A program made the translations under genes and the position numbers. A DNA stretch of 64,000 nt. It comes from an uncultured Planctomycetota bacterium. Lineage in GTDB: Bacteria > Planctomycetota > Planctomycetia > Gemmatales > Gemmataceae. Shown in pieces: positions 32,353-42,585 of this stretch (position 1 is its first letter; each line of letters begins with the position of its first letter). The stretch spans positions 928,001 to 992,000 of the forward strand of contig CAWKHF010000005.1 in the NCBI GenBank assembly GCA_963849325.1, written 5' to 3'. The notes beneath the pieces were generated by a model, which saw only the letters and a list, made by a program, of their open reading frames with translations, did not search any database and had not been told where the DNA came from.

Positions 32353-33636
32353 TTACGCCGCCACCGGCTGGACCTGCCGGAGCGGTTGACTCGGCGTGCT
32401 TTGAAGATAATCGCCGAGCCGGTTCAGCCCTTCCTGCCATCGGCCGTCGTCGCCGGCGTAACTGATGCGGACGTAGCCGGCGCCGCTCGGCCCGAACAGG
32501 TCGCCGGGCGTCACGCGCACCTTGCGCTCGCGGAGCAACCCCTCGGCGAAGCGACGGCCGCTCGCGCCCCTTTGCCAAACCGGCACCCACAAGAAGTAAC
32601 CTCCCGCCGGCCAGGTCGGGTTCAAGTCCATGGCCCGCAAGCGCTCGTAGCCGTACCGCCGACGCGATTCCCATTCGGCGCGGACGGACGCGAATTGCCC
32701 AGCATCGCCGCGCAGGGCGGCCAGGGCGATTTGCTGGCTGACCGTTGGCACGAACGGAGAGCGCAGGGCCGCGGTGAGCAGGCACGGCCGCAGCAAATGG
32801 CGGTAAGCGGCCAGCCAGCCGACGCGGGCCGACGCCAGGCCATGGCCTTGACTGACGCTGCCCGCTGTCAAAGTGCGCGGACGCGCGCGGGGCATGGCGC
32901 CGATGCCGGCCGGCGGACCTCCCGGATGATAGCGCTCGAAGGCGCCGTCGCTGAGCAGGAGCACGTCGTTGCGATCGGCCCACCAGGCGATCTGCTCCAG
33001 GTCTTCGGCGGCGATCACTCCGCCGGTCGGATTGGCCGGCGAATTGAGCACCATCAGGCGCGCTCTGCGCAGGACGCGGGCGAGGTGATCGAAGCGAAAG
33101 CGCGTGCGGCCGTCCTCGTTCCAGGTGGACAGCCAGCGGACACGGGCCTGACGCGCACCGACCGACAGGGTATACAACGGCGAACAGGGATCGAGCAGGA
33201 CGACGCGATCGCCGCGATTGACGAAGGCGTCGAGCACCGTCTGCACCGCCCCCAGCACTCCCGCCGTAATCAGAACTTCGCTGGCGGGATTGAATGCGAG
33301 ACCGTTGTCCGCGAGAAGTTTCTCGGCGACGGCCGCGCGTAGCTCGGACAGACCGGCCAGCGGCGGCAAGCCGCGCCGATCCACCGGCAGCTTGGTGGAG
33401 GCGGAGGGCAGCCAGTCGAAGGACGGCCAGCCGCGGCAGAGATCGATCGCGTCCGGCTCCTGCGGCCCCCACTCGTCGGCGACAGCTTCCAGCTCTCGCA
33501 GAGGGGAAGCGAACAGCCGATTGCTGTAATGACGCAGGAAGTCCGTCCCGCCGCCCGGGCGGCGTCGCCCACCCGGTACAAACCGAGAGAATCCACTGTG
33601 AAGGAAGAGCTTCCGCAGGAAAAGAGATGGTCTCAC
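32353..33636 (-). CDS. Class I/II aminotransferase-fold protein; PLP lysine position reads Gln
   Basis: G..ELR.AVA, NSPANPTG, LLLSD, SVSQGHGLASARVGW, PG..FG.SG.GYVRISY. Confidence 0.8.
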   Translation of the reverse strand: MRPSLFLRKLFLHSGFSRFVPGGRRRPGGGTDFLRHYSNRLFASPLRELEAVADEWGPQEPDAIDLCRGWPSFDWLPSASTKLPVDRRGLPPLAGLSELRAAVAEKLLADNGLAFNPASEVLITAGVLGAVQTVLDAFVNRGDRVVLLDPCSPLYTLSVGARQARVRWLSTWNEDGRTRFRFDHLARVLRRARLMVLNSPANPTGGVIAAEDLEQIAWWADRNDVLLLSDGAFERYHPGGPPAGIGAMPRARPRTLTAGSVSQGHGLASARVGWLAAYRHLLRPCLLTAALRSPFVPTVSQQIALAALRGDAGQFASVRAEWESRRRYGYERLRAMDLNPTWPAGGYFLWVPVWQRGASGRRFAEGLLRERKVRVTPGDLFGPSGAGYVRISYAGDDGRWQEGLNRLGDYLQSTPSQPLRQVQPVAA

Positions 33637-33846
33637 CGCACCCGCCTCGTGAACTAGGAAACCCTACGTCCGGCCCGGTGTCCGTCGAGAGGAGCGGTAT
33701 CTTACCCACGCGGTTCCCGCGCCACAACGCGAACCTGTTCGGCATGGCAGATGCACTACATCCGAGTGAGGGTTGACGCCGGCGGCCCAGCCGATGCACG
33801 AAAGGCAACCCCGCGACCAACACGTTCCCGAGAAGAGGAGTTCATC

Positions 33847-34443
33847 ATGACGCGCACCTTTGCGATTGCTTTGTCCGGCATCTTCGCCTGGACGAGCTTG
33901 GCCCAGGCCCAGTTTTATTCCGGCGCCATCCACCCCTTGCCGGCCCGACAGTCGATGAGTTCGAGGTATGCGTCTTCTCCGCAGACCACCGAAGGCACCA
34001 GCGTCACCGCCCCCCGCGACCTGGGCCGGATGGGATCGTTGCAGAGAGAGCAACCCGAGGAGAAGCCTCGGGACACGATGGATAAGGCATCGTATTACCA
34101 GGATGACTTCAAACCGGCGGCCTTCATTGAGCGGTTGTACGTCGATGTGCTCGGACGCGAACCGTCCGACCGGGAAGTCAGTTACTGGCTGCTACGTCTG
34201 CGAACGGAATCGCGCAAGCAAGTCGCCGCGGAATTGGCGCAGTGCCGGCCGCTGTACTGGTTGGGGCACTACGATCCGCGCTATGGCTCGGCGATTGATC
34301 CGGGATGGGGTTCGGGCCTCTACCCGGATCCGGCCAGCCTGAACTTCCGCGATCCGGGTGGGCCCTTCTTCAAAAGCCCGTACTTTCCCAATTATGAGTA
34401 CCGCCGGCCCATTCGAGCGTTCCCGCTCGGCGCCCGAGGTTAA
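33847..34443 (+). CDS. Secreted hypothetical protein with DUF4214-like motif
   Basis: GAGGAG RBS, signal peptide, ERLYVDVLGREPS..EV.YW. Confidence 0.6.
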   Translation: MTRTFAIALSGIFAWTSLAQAQFYSGAIHPLPARQSMSSRYASSPQTTEGTSVTAPRDLGRMGSLQREQPEEKPRDTMDKASYYQDDFKPAAFIERLYVDVLGREPSDREVSYWLLRLRTESRKQVAAELAQCRPLYWLGHYDPRYGSAIDPGWGSGLYPDPASLNFRDPGGPFFKSPYFPNYEYRRPIRAFPLGARG

Positions 34444-34487
34444 CGGGGAAAATCCAACCCTCGCTTCGAGGCACGAACCTTTTTGCC

Positions 34488-34544
34488 GACAAGCCCGGAG
34501 CGCCAGCGACGGTTGTTCACCCGTCGCTGCGCTCCGGGCTTGTC
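34488..34544. repeat. Palindromic repeat related to family B (AGCCCGGAGCGCCAGCGACGG arm)
   Basis: GACAAGCCCGGAGCGCCAGCGACGG...CCGTCGCTGCGCTCCGGGCTTGTC between convergent genes. Confidence 0.75.
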
Positions 34545-34545
34545 T

Positions 34546-35394
34546 TCATTTTGCGCTGACCGAACCGAAATCGGGGTGGAAAATCACTTGCCGCGCGTCA
34601 ACTCTCAATCGGCGGGCCTCCTCTGGGAAAGGAGTTTTCCGCAGGGGAGGATAATGGCCGGGTTCCAGCGGTACTTCCTCGCCCATGACGAGACCGAGGA
34701 AGTTGGCCTTGGCCAAAATCTCGACGTGGACGAACGAACCATTCGACTGGATGGGGATACGCGCGAAGATGTCGCGGCGTTGCAGTCGGAAGGGGCAGGC
34801 GACGTCGCGATAGCGCACGCCGAAAAGTACGCGCACGGCCAGTCGGCCCAGTTCGCGCTTCCAGCCCAGCCAGCCGGGTGAGCGAGCCGGCGAATGTCCG
34901 AAGAGCACACGACAAAAGAAACGCCACAGCAATCCCATAAGGCGTCCCGGCCACGGCATCCGCTCGCCACCGCGCGCGGCGGACAGGACGTGAACGTGAT
35001 CGAGTTCCAGGTCCGGTTTGTCCGGCTCCGGGCGCTTCCGCAGCAAGCGACCGAGGTCGCTCGGCTGATAGTGCGGATCGCACAGGGTATAGAAAAGCAA
35101 GGGATGACGAGCGGAAGCCAGTCCCGTCCGCAGGGCCGCTCCTTCACCCTGGGAAGTGGCGTGCCGGAGGATTTGCACGCGCCGATAGCCGGAGGCCAGC
35201 TTGTCGGCCAGCGCCGCCGTGCCGTCCGTACTGCCGTCGTCCACGACGATCACTTCATAGTCCCGATCCAGCCCGTTGAGGAACGTCACCCAGGCCGCGA
35301 GCACGGCTTCCAGATGGTTCGCCGAATTGTGTGCCAGCAGGATCACGCTCAGCGACTGTGAAGCGATCGGCGGCAGACGGGGGAGTTCGGGCAT
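34546..35394 (-). CDS. Glycosyltransferase family 2 (ArnC/DPM-synthase-like)
   Basis: LSVIL.AHN, YEVIVVDDGSTDGT, G.G.ALRTG, RD..C.FRL. Confidence 0.85.
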   Translation of the reverse strand: MPELPRLPPIASQSLSVILLAHNSANHLEAVLAAWVTFLNGLDRDYEVIVVDDGSTDGTAALADKLASGYRRVQILRHATSQGEGAALRTGLASARHPLLFYTLCDPHYQPSDLGRLLRKRPEPDKPDLELDHVHVLSAARGGERMPWPGRLMGLLWRFFCRVLFGHSPARSPGWLGWKRELGRLAVRVLFGVRYRDVACPFRLQRRDIFARIPIQSNGSFVHVEILAKANFLGLVMGEEVPLEPGHYPPLRKTPFPEEARRLRVDARQVIFHPDFGSVSAK

Positions 35395-35415
35395 ATTGCG
35401 ATGGTGGAGAAGGTC

Positions 35416-37003
35416 TCAGGGGGCGAGTTCCGGCGCGCGTTCGCCGCGGAGCAGGACCAGCGGATGTTCGTGTCCCATGCTGGAGAGGTCGGTGTTCGCC
35501 ACGACTTTCTCCAGGTACACTCCACGCAAAGAGCGGCGGCATTCGGCGGCGTACTGCGGCGGGGTCACGACATAGTGCGTACCCGGCCCGAGCAGTCGCG
35601 CGTTCAGTTCTCCCCATTGTACGACAAGGACGAGCGGCCGACCCAGGTGAAAGGCGAGAGGATGGGCCTCGGTGCGGAAGAAGAGGATCTCCGCGGGCGG
35701 GGCGCCTGTCGGCGCACGGCGGCGGCGAACGCCCGATAATCGCGGTACGGCTCGTTGGCGGGCAACTGCCACTCTACCCGCACGAGCCACAACAGCGTCA
35801 TGACGCCGGCCACGGCGGCGAGAGAACCGACGGCCCCTTTTCGTCGTTCAGGGCGGAGGCTTTGCAACCAATGTTGCCCCACGCATCCCAGGAAGATCGC
35901 GGCCCCCGGATACGCTGGCAGCAGGTAGTCGGCACGCTTGAAGCGCGAACAGGAGAGGACCAGTAAAACACTGACGAACCAGGCCAAGCCGAAACGCGCC
36001 TCGGCATCGATCCGCCAGCAGCCGCGACGATACGCCCACCATGCGGCGAACGGCAGCAAGAGCGTCCACGGTAGAAAATCGCCGGCGAACTGAGGCAAGT
36101 AGAACCACCACGGATTGGAGCGCAAGCCGGAACCGCCCCAGCCGCGCTCGACGTTGTGGTGCCAGAGGAAGACGCGGAAGAATTCGCCCTGCGTGCGCGC
36201 GTTGGTCCAGAAAAACCAGGGCAACGTCAGGACCGCGACGAGCGGAAGACCCCACCACACGCCCAGCTCGCCGAGCGCCGGCGCCAGTTCCGCCAGCGCC
36301 GCGGCGACGGCGGACCACACTCCAGGGCGACGTGGGCGATCAGCACGGCCGCCGGCAGGACGAGGCCGATCGGCCCTTTCAGGTGAACGCCGGCCGCGAC
36401 GGACAGATACGTCAGACCCAGCAGGAGCCAGCGCACGCGGCCCTCCCAACCGCGTGCCAGGTAGGCGGCACCGACTGCGAGGGTGACGCTGAGTGTCAAC
36501 GGCATGTCAATGCGGCCGATGCGGGCCAGCCAGGTGAAGTGGACGGCCGTGGCCAGAACGGTCGCCGCCATCAGCCCGGCCGCGAGGCGCTGTCGTCCCC
36601 ATCCCAGTCCCAGTCCCACGGCCAGCACGCAAAGGGTCGCCGCGCCCGCCGCGGGCAGACGCACCGCCCAGGCATCGACCTCGCCGCCGCGCAGCTTGGC
36701 GATACCCGCAACCAACCAGTAGTAGAGGGGAGGCTTTTGCAGTTCGAGACGGCCATCGTACAGTCGCGGCAAGCCGCCGGCGCCGTCGTCGAGGATCGTC
36801 TGGGCATCCATGCCCGCCCGCGCCTCGTGGCTGCTCCACAGGTCGCGCTCGGCCAGACGATGAAAGAACAAACTATAAATCGCCAAGAGGGCGCAGATAA
36901 CAAAAACTCGTTTAGCCGCGACGCGCAGCGGAGCGCGGGAGAACCCCGCGCTCCGCTGCGCGTCGCGGCTAAACGAGGAGATTGTTTGGATAGGCAGTTC
37001 CAC
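35416..37003 (-). CDS. ArnT-like GT-C (family 39/83) glycosyltransferase; frameshifted
   Basis: RDLWSSHEAR, KPPLYYWL, VRLP, RIDMPL, KGPIGLVLP, PWWFYL....FLPWT, K...YLLP.YP across three frames. Confidence 0.85.
36907..36977. repeat. Palindromic repeat family A inside the 5' end of the ArnT-like CDS
   Basis: Full-length copy, read in frame as SFSRDAQRSAGFSRAPLRVAAKR. Confidence 0.9.
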
Positions 37004-37009
37004 GTTCGT

Positions 37010-39115
37010 TCACGCACACAAGCGCTGATTGTACGCTTCCTGCAGGCGCTGATAGGGCGGGCATCCGGCCAGAAGCTCGGCATGAGATCCGACGGCGGCG
37101 ATGCGACCGTTCTCCAGCACCACAATGCGGCCGGCGATCTCCAGCGTGTGCAAGCGGTGCGTGATGACGAAGGTCGTGCGGCCGACCATGAAGTCCTTCA
37201 TGGCCCGATGAATGAGCGCCTCGCTCTCGGCGTCGGCGGCGCTGGTGAATTCGTCCAGGATCAGGATGCTCGGGTTGCGCAGGATGGCGCGGGCCAGGGC
37301 CAGGCGCTGCTTCTGTCCGCCCGACAGCTTGCCGCCGATTTCGCCGACGCGCGTCTGGTAGCCTCGGGGCTGGGCGGTGATGAAGTCGTGAGCGAAGGCG
37401 CGGTGGGCCGCCGCCTCCACGTCTTCGGGCTTCGCCGCGCGCGTGCCGTAGGCGATGTTGTTGTAGATCGTGTCGTCGAAAAGGCGCGTCTCCTGGGTGA
37501 CGAGACCGATCTGCTGCCGCAGACTGCGCAGATTGACCGTGCGCAGGTCGTGTCCGTCGATGAGGACGCTGCCGTGGTCGGGGTCGTAGAAACGCGGCAG
37601 CAGACCCAGCATCGTCGTCTTGCCGCAGCCGTTGGCGCCGACCAGGGCGACCGTTTCGCCGGCGCGGACGCCGAGGTGGATGTCGTAGAGGATCGGATGG
37701 CCCGGCTGATACGAAAAGCATACGTCGCGGAATTCGATGTAATACGGCCGGCTTCGGGCCGATGACGAGGAGGCCGCGTTCGATTCGACCGCCGACTCTT
37801 CCAGGGAGGCCATCTGGAGGGTGGGGCGTGCCAGGCGTGGACCGTCGCTGTTGCCGCGCACGCGCGGCCGACGGTCCACGAAATCGAAGATGCGGTCAGC
37901 GGCCGCGCAGCCGGACTGAATGCGCGTGAACACGCTCGACAACTTGCGAACCGGGTCGGCGATGGCGGCCAGCAGAATGTACAGTTGCAGCAGCGACTCC
38001 GATTCCAACGGCTGCTGCGTCATGCGCATGCCGAACAGATGCGTGTGCTTTTGCAGCACCAGATGGCAGCCGGCCAACAGAGCGGCGGCCACCGCCGCCA
38101 CGCCGAGCACTTCGATAATCGGATCGGCCAGGGCGTCGATGGTCACCACCTTCATCGCTTTGTAGTAGTAGTCCTTCGTCGCCAGGCAGAAGCGCCGCCG
38201 TTCGTAAGGCTCCATCGTGAAGGCCTTGACGACGCGGATGCCCTGGAACGACTCTTGCAGGATCTTATAAATACTGGACATGCGCTCCAGCAGCCGTCGC
38301 GTCGCCTGCTTCATGATTCGGCCGACGCGGGCCAAGATGAACGCCGCCACCGGCACCAGCACCAGAAACATGAGCGTTAATTGCCAGCTAATGAAGCAGG
38401 CCATGATGACGCAGGCCAGGGCGCGGAGCGGCTCGGCCACCACCTTGCCGAACAGCGTCTTGATGCCGGTGCCCAGCGATTCCATGTCGTTGGTGAAGCG
38501 AGCCATCAGTTCGCTGGTGCCCTGTTCGCCGAACTGATCGACGTCGAGGTGAATGACGTTGCGATAGAAGCGATTGCGCAGGTCGAACAGCGTCAGATTG
38601 ACGACGCTTCCGACCAGCGATTCCTGGGCGAACTCGAAGAAACATTTGATGGCCACGCCCACCACGACGAAGAGGATCACCCAGGCCAGGGTGGTGAAGC
38701 AATCGGGGGCCAGGAAACGGTAAATGTACTTGCGCAGCACCTGGTGCCAGTACAGGCTGCTCCGGGCGGGACCGAGCTTGGCCTCCCACCTGGACAGATC
38801 GCGATTGATGTCGCGGATGCGCTGTTCGACGTAGCTGTTGCGCTGCTTGCTTTCTTCCAGTTCCTTGAGGTGGCTCAGCTCTTCGTCTTTGTTCTGATAT
38901 TCCGTAATCTGGGCCTGGATTTCGTTGATCCGTCCATCGACCCACTGATGCGGGCTTTGCTCGGTGTTGAGCAGCTTGAGGACGGGATAAATCGAGGTGA
39001 AGTTGGCCCCCCACAGGACCGCGGCGCAGAGAGCACACAAGATGGACAGAATCAGGCGCCGGCGGTACGGCACGGCATGACGGAGAGCGCGGAGGAAATT
39101 TTTCATGGTACTCAC
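37010..39115 (-). CDS. ABC exporter, fused permease/ATPase (MsbA-like)
   Basis: Transmembrane domain plus GANGCGKT, LSGGQKQR, ILILDE, ITHRL. Confidence 0.9.
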   Translation of the reverse strand: MSTMKNFLRALRHAVPYRRRLILSILCALCAAVLWGANFTSIYPVLKLLNTEQSPHQWVDGRINEIQAQITEYQNKDEELSHLKELEESKQRNSYVEQRIRDINRDLSRWEAKLGPARSSLYWHQVLRKYIYRFLAPDCFTTLAWVILFVVVGVAIKCFFEFAQESLVGSVVNLTLFDLRNRFYRNVIHLDVDQFGEQGTSELMARFTNDMESLGTGIKTLFGKVVAEPLRALACVIMACFISWQLTLMFLVLVPVAAFILARVGRIMKQATRRLLERMSSIYKILQESFQGIRVVKAFTMEPYERRRFCLATKDYYYKAMKVVTIDALADPIIEVLGVAAVAAALLAGCHLVLQKHTHLFGMRMTQQPLESESLLQLYILLAAIADPVRKLSSVFTRIQSGCAAADRIFDFVDRRPRVRGNSDGPRLARPTLQMASLEESAVESNAASSSSARSRPYYIEFRDVCFSYQPGHPILYDIHLGVRAGETVALVGANGCGKTTMLGLLPRFYDPDHGSVLIDGHDLRTVNLRSLRQQIGLVTQETRLFDDTIYNNIAYGTRAAKPEDVEAAAHRAFAHDFITAQPRGYQTRVGEIGGKLSGGQKQRLALARAILRNPSILILDEFTSAADAESEALIHRAMKDFMVGRTTFVITHRLHTLEIAGRIVVLENGRIAAVGSHAELLAGCPPYQRLQEAYNQRLCA

Positions 39116-39253
39116 GAACCTGGGGAGGTCAGCAGGGACGCCAGGCGATCCGTCTCGGCGCGGCTTCGGGTTTTAGCACAGGGGCGGATCGGGGACAAGG
39201 GCGAGTCCACCCGGCCGGGTGTAACCCAATTCTCTGGGGGTGTCGGCGCCCTT

Positions 39254-39325
39254 GTAGGGTGGGTCGAGGGCCGCGAGGCCCACCATGCCCGCATGGTGGG
39301 CCTCGCGGCCCTCGACCCACCCTAC
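39254..39325. repeat. GTAG-type REP doublet (REPIN-like), family G
   Basis: GTAGGGTGGGTCGAGGGCCGCGAGGCCCACCATGC-CC-GCATGGTGGGCCTCGCGGCCCTCGACCCACCCTAC. Confidence 0.85.
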
Positions 39326-39478
39326 CCCCGGCCCCCAGAGATTCGGGTTACACCCAGCCGGCCGATGGGCATACAGAGTCTTGGCAATTGGCCGCGCGAT
39401 GCAGTAGGATTTGAGGAAGGTCCCCCCAGGCAAGCATGGGGGTTTCCCCTGGCCGTGGGGTCGGGGGCGGATTGAAAC

Positions 39479-40643
39479 ATGAACGACGATCTCCTCTGTT
39501 CCTGGTTGGGATTGCCGCCGGGAGGGTGGCCGCCCGATCATTACCGCCTGCTGGGCCTGGAGCCTGGCGAAGACAACGCGGAACTGATTGAGCAGCGCGT
39601 CCACCAGCGCCTGGACTCCGTCCGTCGCTATCAGATCATGCATCCGGAGCAGGCCACCGAGGCGATGAATCGGCTGGCCCAGGCGTTCGTCTGCCTCATG
39701 GACCCGGCGTCCAAGAAAGCCTACGACGCCACCTTGCCGGGCGCCGCGGCTCGGGCCGCCTCCTCCGCCAACGCCGCCGAGCAGGCGGCGAACGAGGATG
39801 GCCCGGTCTGGTTGGACGACCAGGCCGCCGTCGTTCCGTCCGCCCAGGCGGTGCCGTTTGGCCCGCCGGCCGCCGTCTCGTTCCCGTTCGCGGTCCCGGT
39901 CGTTCCTCCGCCGCTGCCCGCGTCGGCCGTCTTGAACTATGCCACCACCCCGCCGCCGATTCGCCAGCCTCCGCCCTTGCCGCCGCTGCCGCCTCCTCGC
40001 CGAGGCCGAACCTCCCGCCGCCGCGGAAGCCGGTCCCGCTCCCGTCCCCGTCCCAGCCGCGCCTCCGCCGGAGCCAGTGGACCCGGTGCTCGAAGCGGCC
40101 CAGTCCGGCCCCGCCCTTCGCGGCATCGCTACCAAGCGTGCCCTCTATCACCGCATCGTCCGTACCCGCCGACTCCTGCGTGTGTGGATCAACCTGGGCA
40201 AATACGTCGCCTCGCCCAAGCGTCGCCTGAGCCGTTCCACCGATGGCCCGGAGCTGGTTCGTCTTCTGGACGAAATGCTCACGCTGCTGAAGCGGTTCCC
40301 TCCTGTGCTGGGCGAGGCGGGTCAGCCGGGCTACCTGGTCCGAACGCTGACAGAGGTAGATACGGTCAAGGTGTTTCAGAGTTTCTCGCCGCATCAGCGC
40401 GAGGCGCTGACCCGCGACTGGCGGGCCGGCCAGAAACTCTTGTTGGCCCATCGGGATTTTCTGCGCCGGGAGGCGCGCTCGCTCCGCAATCGGCCGTGGC
40501 GCCAACGCCTGCTCCGATCCGCCTGGTCGCTGATGGTCGATCAGCCGGGGACCGTCCTCTTGTTGCTGGCCCTGGTCGCCATCAACGTCGCCCTGTGGCG
40601 GACCTATGCCCGTGTCCTGTGGGAGAAATTCTTCGGACACTGA
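39479..40643 (+). CDS. Hypothetical protein with J-domain-like N-terminus, Pro-rich linker and C-terminal TM; one frameshift near 39995
   Basis: WLGLP...PPDHYRLLGL...HPE...MN.L.QA..CL.DP..K.AYD; continues in track ORF 39939-40643. Confidence 0.6.
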
Positions 40644-40738
40644 GAGCGGACGCGGCACGCCGCGGGCATACAATCCGCAGTTTCGGCGCGGGCGGTCCCT
40701 TTGCTCTCCTTCCTCCCCGTTTGCCTATCTTCCTTACG

Positions 40739-40768
40739 TTGACAAGTCGCTGTCATTGAAGCTATCGT
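40739..40768 (+). promoter_or_regulatory. Sigma70-like promoter with overlapping inverted repeat
   Basis: TTGACA-N18-TATCGT; TGACA-N6-TGTCA at 40740-40755. Confidence 0.55.
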
Positions 40769-40841
40769 TAATATGTTCTCTTCGACACGTTTTCCTGGGA
40801 CGCCGGCGCGGGCCGTCCGCGCGGGGAGGGGCACGGTCATC

Positions 40842-41303
40842 ATGGTCGCCACCGGAACTGAGATGCGCGTGCAAGAGATCGCGCAGGATCTTTTCGACCT
40901 GATCACGCAGTTCTGCCTGGTCAGTCCGCGCGGCCGTCGCCGTTCCGGCGATCTCAAGGAAGTGGAGTTTTTGACGCTGTCGCTGCTGCACCATCACGAT
41001 ACGCTCATTGTCGGCGACATCCAGCGCCAGCTCGGCGTCCTGCCCGCTCAGATGTCGCGGATCATCCGCTCCCTGGAGACGCGCGAACGTCCCCTCATCG
41101 CCTGCCGCATCAATTCGCACGACAAGAGGAAGATTGACGTCGCCCTGACACCGGAAGGCATCGCCGCTTTCCTGGAGTACCAGTCGGCGCGCATCGGCAG
41201 CATTCACCACCTGATCGGCAAGCTCGCGGAAGAAGACCTCGACGATTTGCAGCGCTTGCTGGCCAAACTCCACGACGCCGTCGGCCCCTCCGTGCTCAGC
41301 TGA
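40842..41303 (+). CDS. MarR family transcriptional regulator
   Basis: w[26 protein letters not shown]...DKRK..V.LT.EG. Confidence 0.85.
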   Translation: MVATGTEMRVQEIAQDLFDLITQFCLVSPRGRRRSGDLKEVEFLTLSLLHHHDTLIVGDIQRQLGVLPAQMSRIIRSLETRERPLIACRINSHDKRKIDVALTPEGIAAFLEYQSARIGSIHHLIGKLAEEDLDDLQRLLAKLHDAVGPSVLS

Positions 41304-41361
41304 TCCGAGTCCGCCGCGTTCGCAAGGGAAGATCCCTCCTCGCTTACGCTGCGGGCTTCGA
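41304..41361. repeat. Degenerate family B-like palindrome
   Basis: Right arm CCTCGCTTACGCTGCGGGCT resembles CTTCGCTTACGCTTCAGGCT. Confidence 0.5.
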
Positions 41362-41530
41362 TGACCACGTCCTTGCCCTTCTCCTCGCTGTTATTACAAT
41401 TTTGAGAAGCGTATTACCGGATAAGGAAGCCCCTGGCATCCGCCAACGAATGGGCGAAGCCGTAAGCCAGAGGCGCCATCCGCCGAAGTCAACTTCCCTG
41501 TGGCCTGATCCAGAGAAAGGGGATGAAATC

Positions 41531-42448
41531 ATGACCGCACGCCGTTGCCTCCGTTCCCATTCTCCCGGCTTCACCTTGATCGAGCTGCTGGTTGTCATCG
41601 CCATCATTGCCGTGCTGATCGGACTGTTGCTGCCCGCTGTCCAGAAGGTCCGTGAGGCGGCCAGCGTTACGCGGTGCAGCAATAATGAGAAGCAGCTGAT
41701 GTTGGCGATCCATGCCTACCAGGACACCATGCAGGCTCTGCCGCCCTCGAACTTCTCCCAGGTGGTAAACCCGCAGACCGGCGACGTGGCCCAAGGCAGC
41801 GCCTTCTACGCGTTGTTGCCCTACTACGAGCAGGGCAACCTCTTCAACCAGTGTACGCAGAACATTCCCAAGCCCGGATACCTGACGGCCGAGTGGGTGC
41901 CGCTCAAGGTCCACGTCTGCCCCTCGGATCCAACGACCAACAACGGCATCGGCAGCGTTCCCCCCAACTACGCCACCGGCAACTACTCCCTCAACCTGGC
42001 GCTGTGGGGGGCTAGCGGCACATGGAACATCCAAGCGGCCCCCCCCCCTTACAAGATCGAAACCATCCCCGATGGTTCCTCGAACACCATCGGCATTGTC
42101 GAGGCGTCGGGCTGTTTCCCCGGCTACCCCACCGTGGACCCGCAGACGGGCACGCTGACGAGCTACATGACCTGGCATTGGCCCGCCTATCCGAATTCCT
42201 TCGGTCCCTACTGGCCCGACCCGGACGAGCTTCCCGGACAGCCGAACTACAGCGGGGTGTTCTCCTTGCCGCAGATCGGCGTCAACCCCATGAAGGCGGA
42301 CCCTAACCTTTCGCAGAGCTACCACGCCATCATGGTCGTGGCACTTATGGACGGCAGCATTCGCAAGATTTCTCCCGCTCTGACGCAGACGACGTGGACG
42401 AACGCACTGAATCCGGCGGATGGGCAAGTGCTGGGGAATGACTGGTAG
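41531..42448 (+). CDS. DUF1559 prepilin-type N-terminal cleavage/methylation protein
   Basis: [32 protein letters not shown]...C.NN.KQL, CPSD, I.DG.SNT, C-terminal H..DGS. Confidence 0.95.
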   Translation: MTARRCLRSHSPGFTLIELLVVIAIIAVLIGLLLPAVQKVREAASVTRCSNNEKQLMLAIHAYQDTMQALPPSNFSQVVNPQTGDVAQGSAFYALLPYYEQGNLFNQCTQNIPKPGYLTAEWVPLKVHVCPSDPTTNNGIGSVPPNYATGNYSLNLALWGASGTWNIQAAPPPYKIETIPDGSSNTIGIVEASGCFPGYPTVDPQTGTLTSYMTWHWPAYPNSFGPYWPDPDELPGQPNYSGVFSLPQIGVNPMKADPNLSQSYHAIMVVALMDGSIRKISPALTQTTWTNALNPADGQVLGNDW

Positions 42449-42585
42449 ACATTTCGGTCATCGCATGCCCTCCCCAATCCAGAGTCATCGGTGAGCAGGG
42501 AACCCGCTATACGGTCTTGACGAGATGCGGCGGCCGGGGTTGGATAGCGGAACGTTTACGCTTTCCACCACGACGAGGCGGCGAC

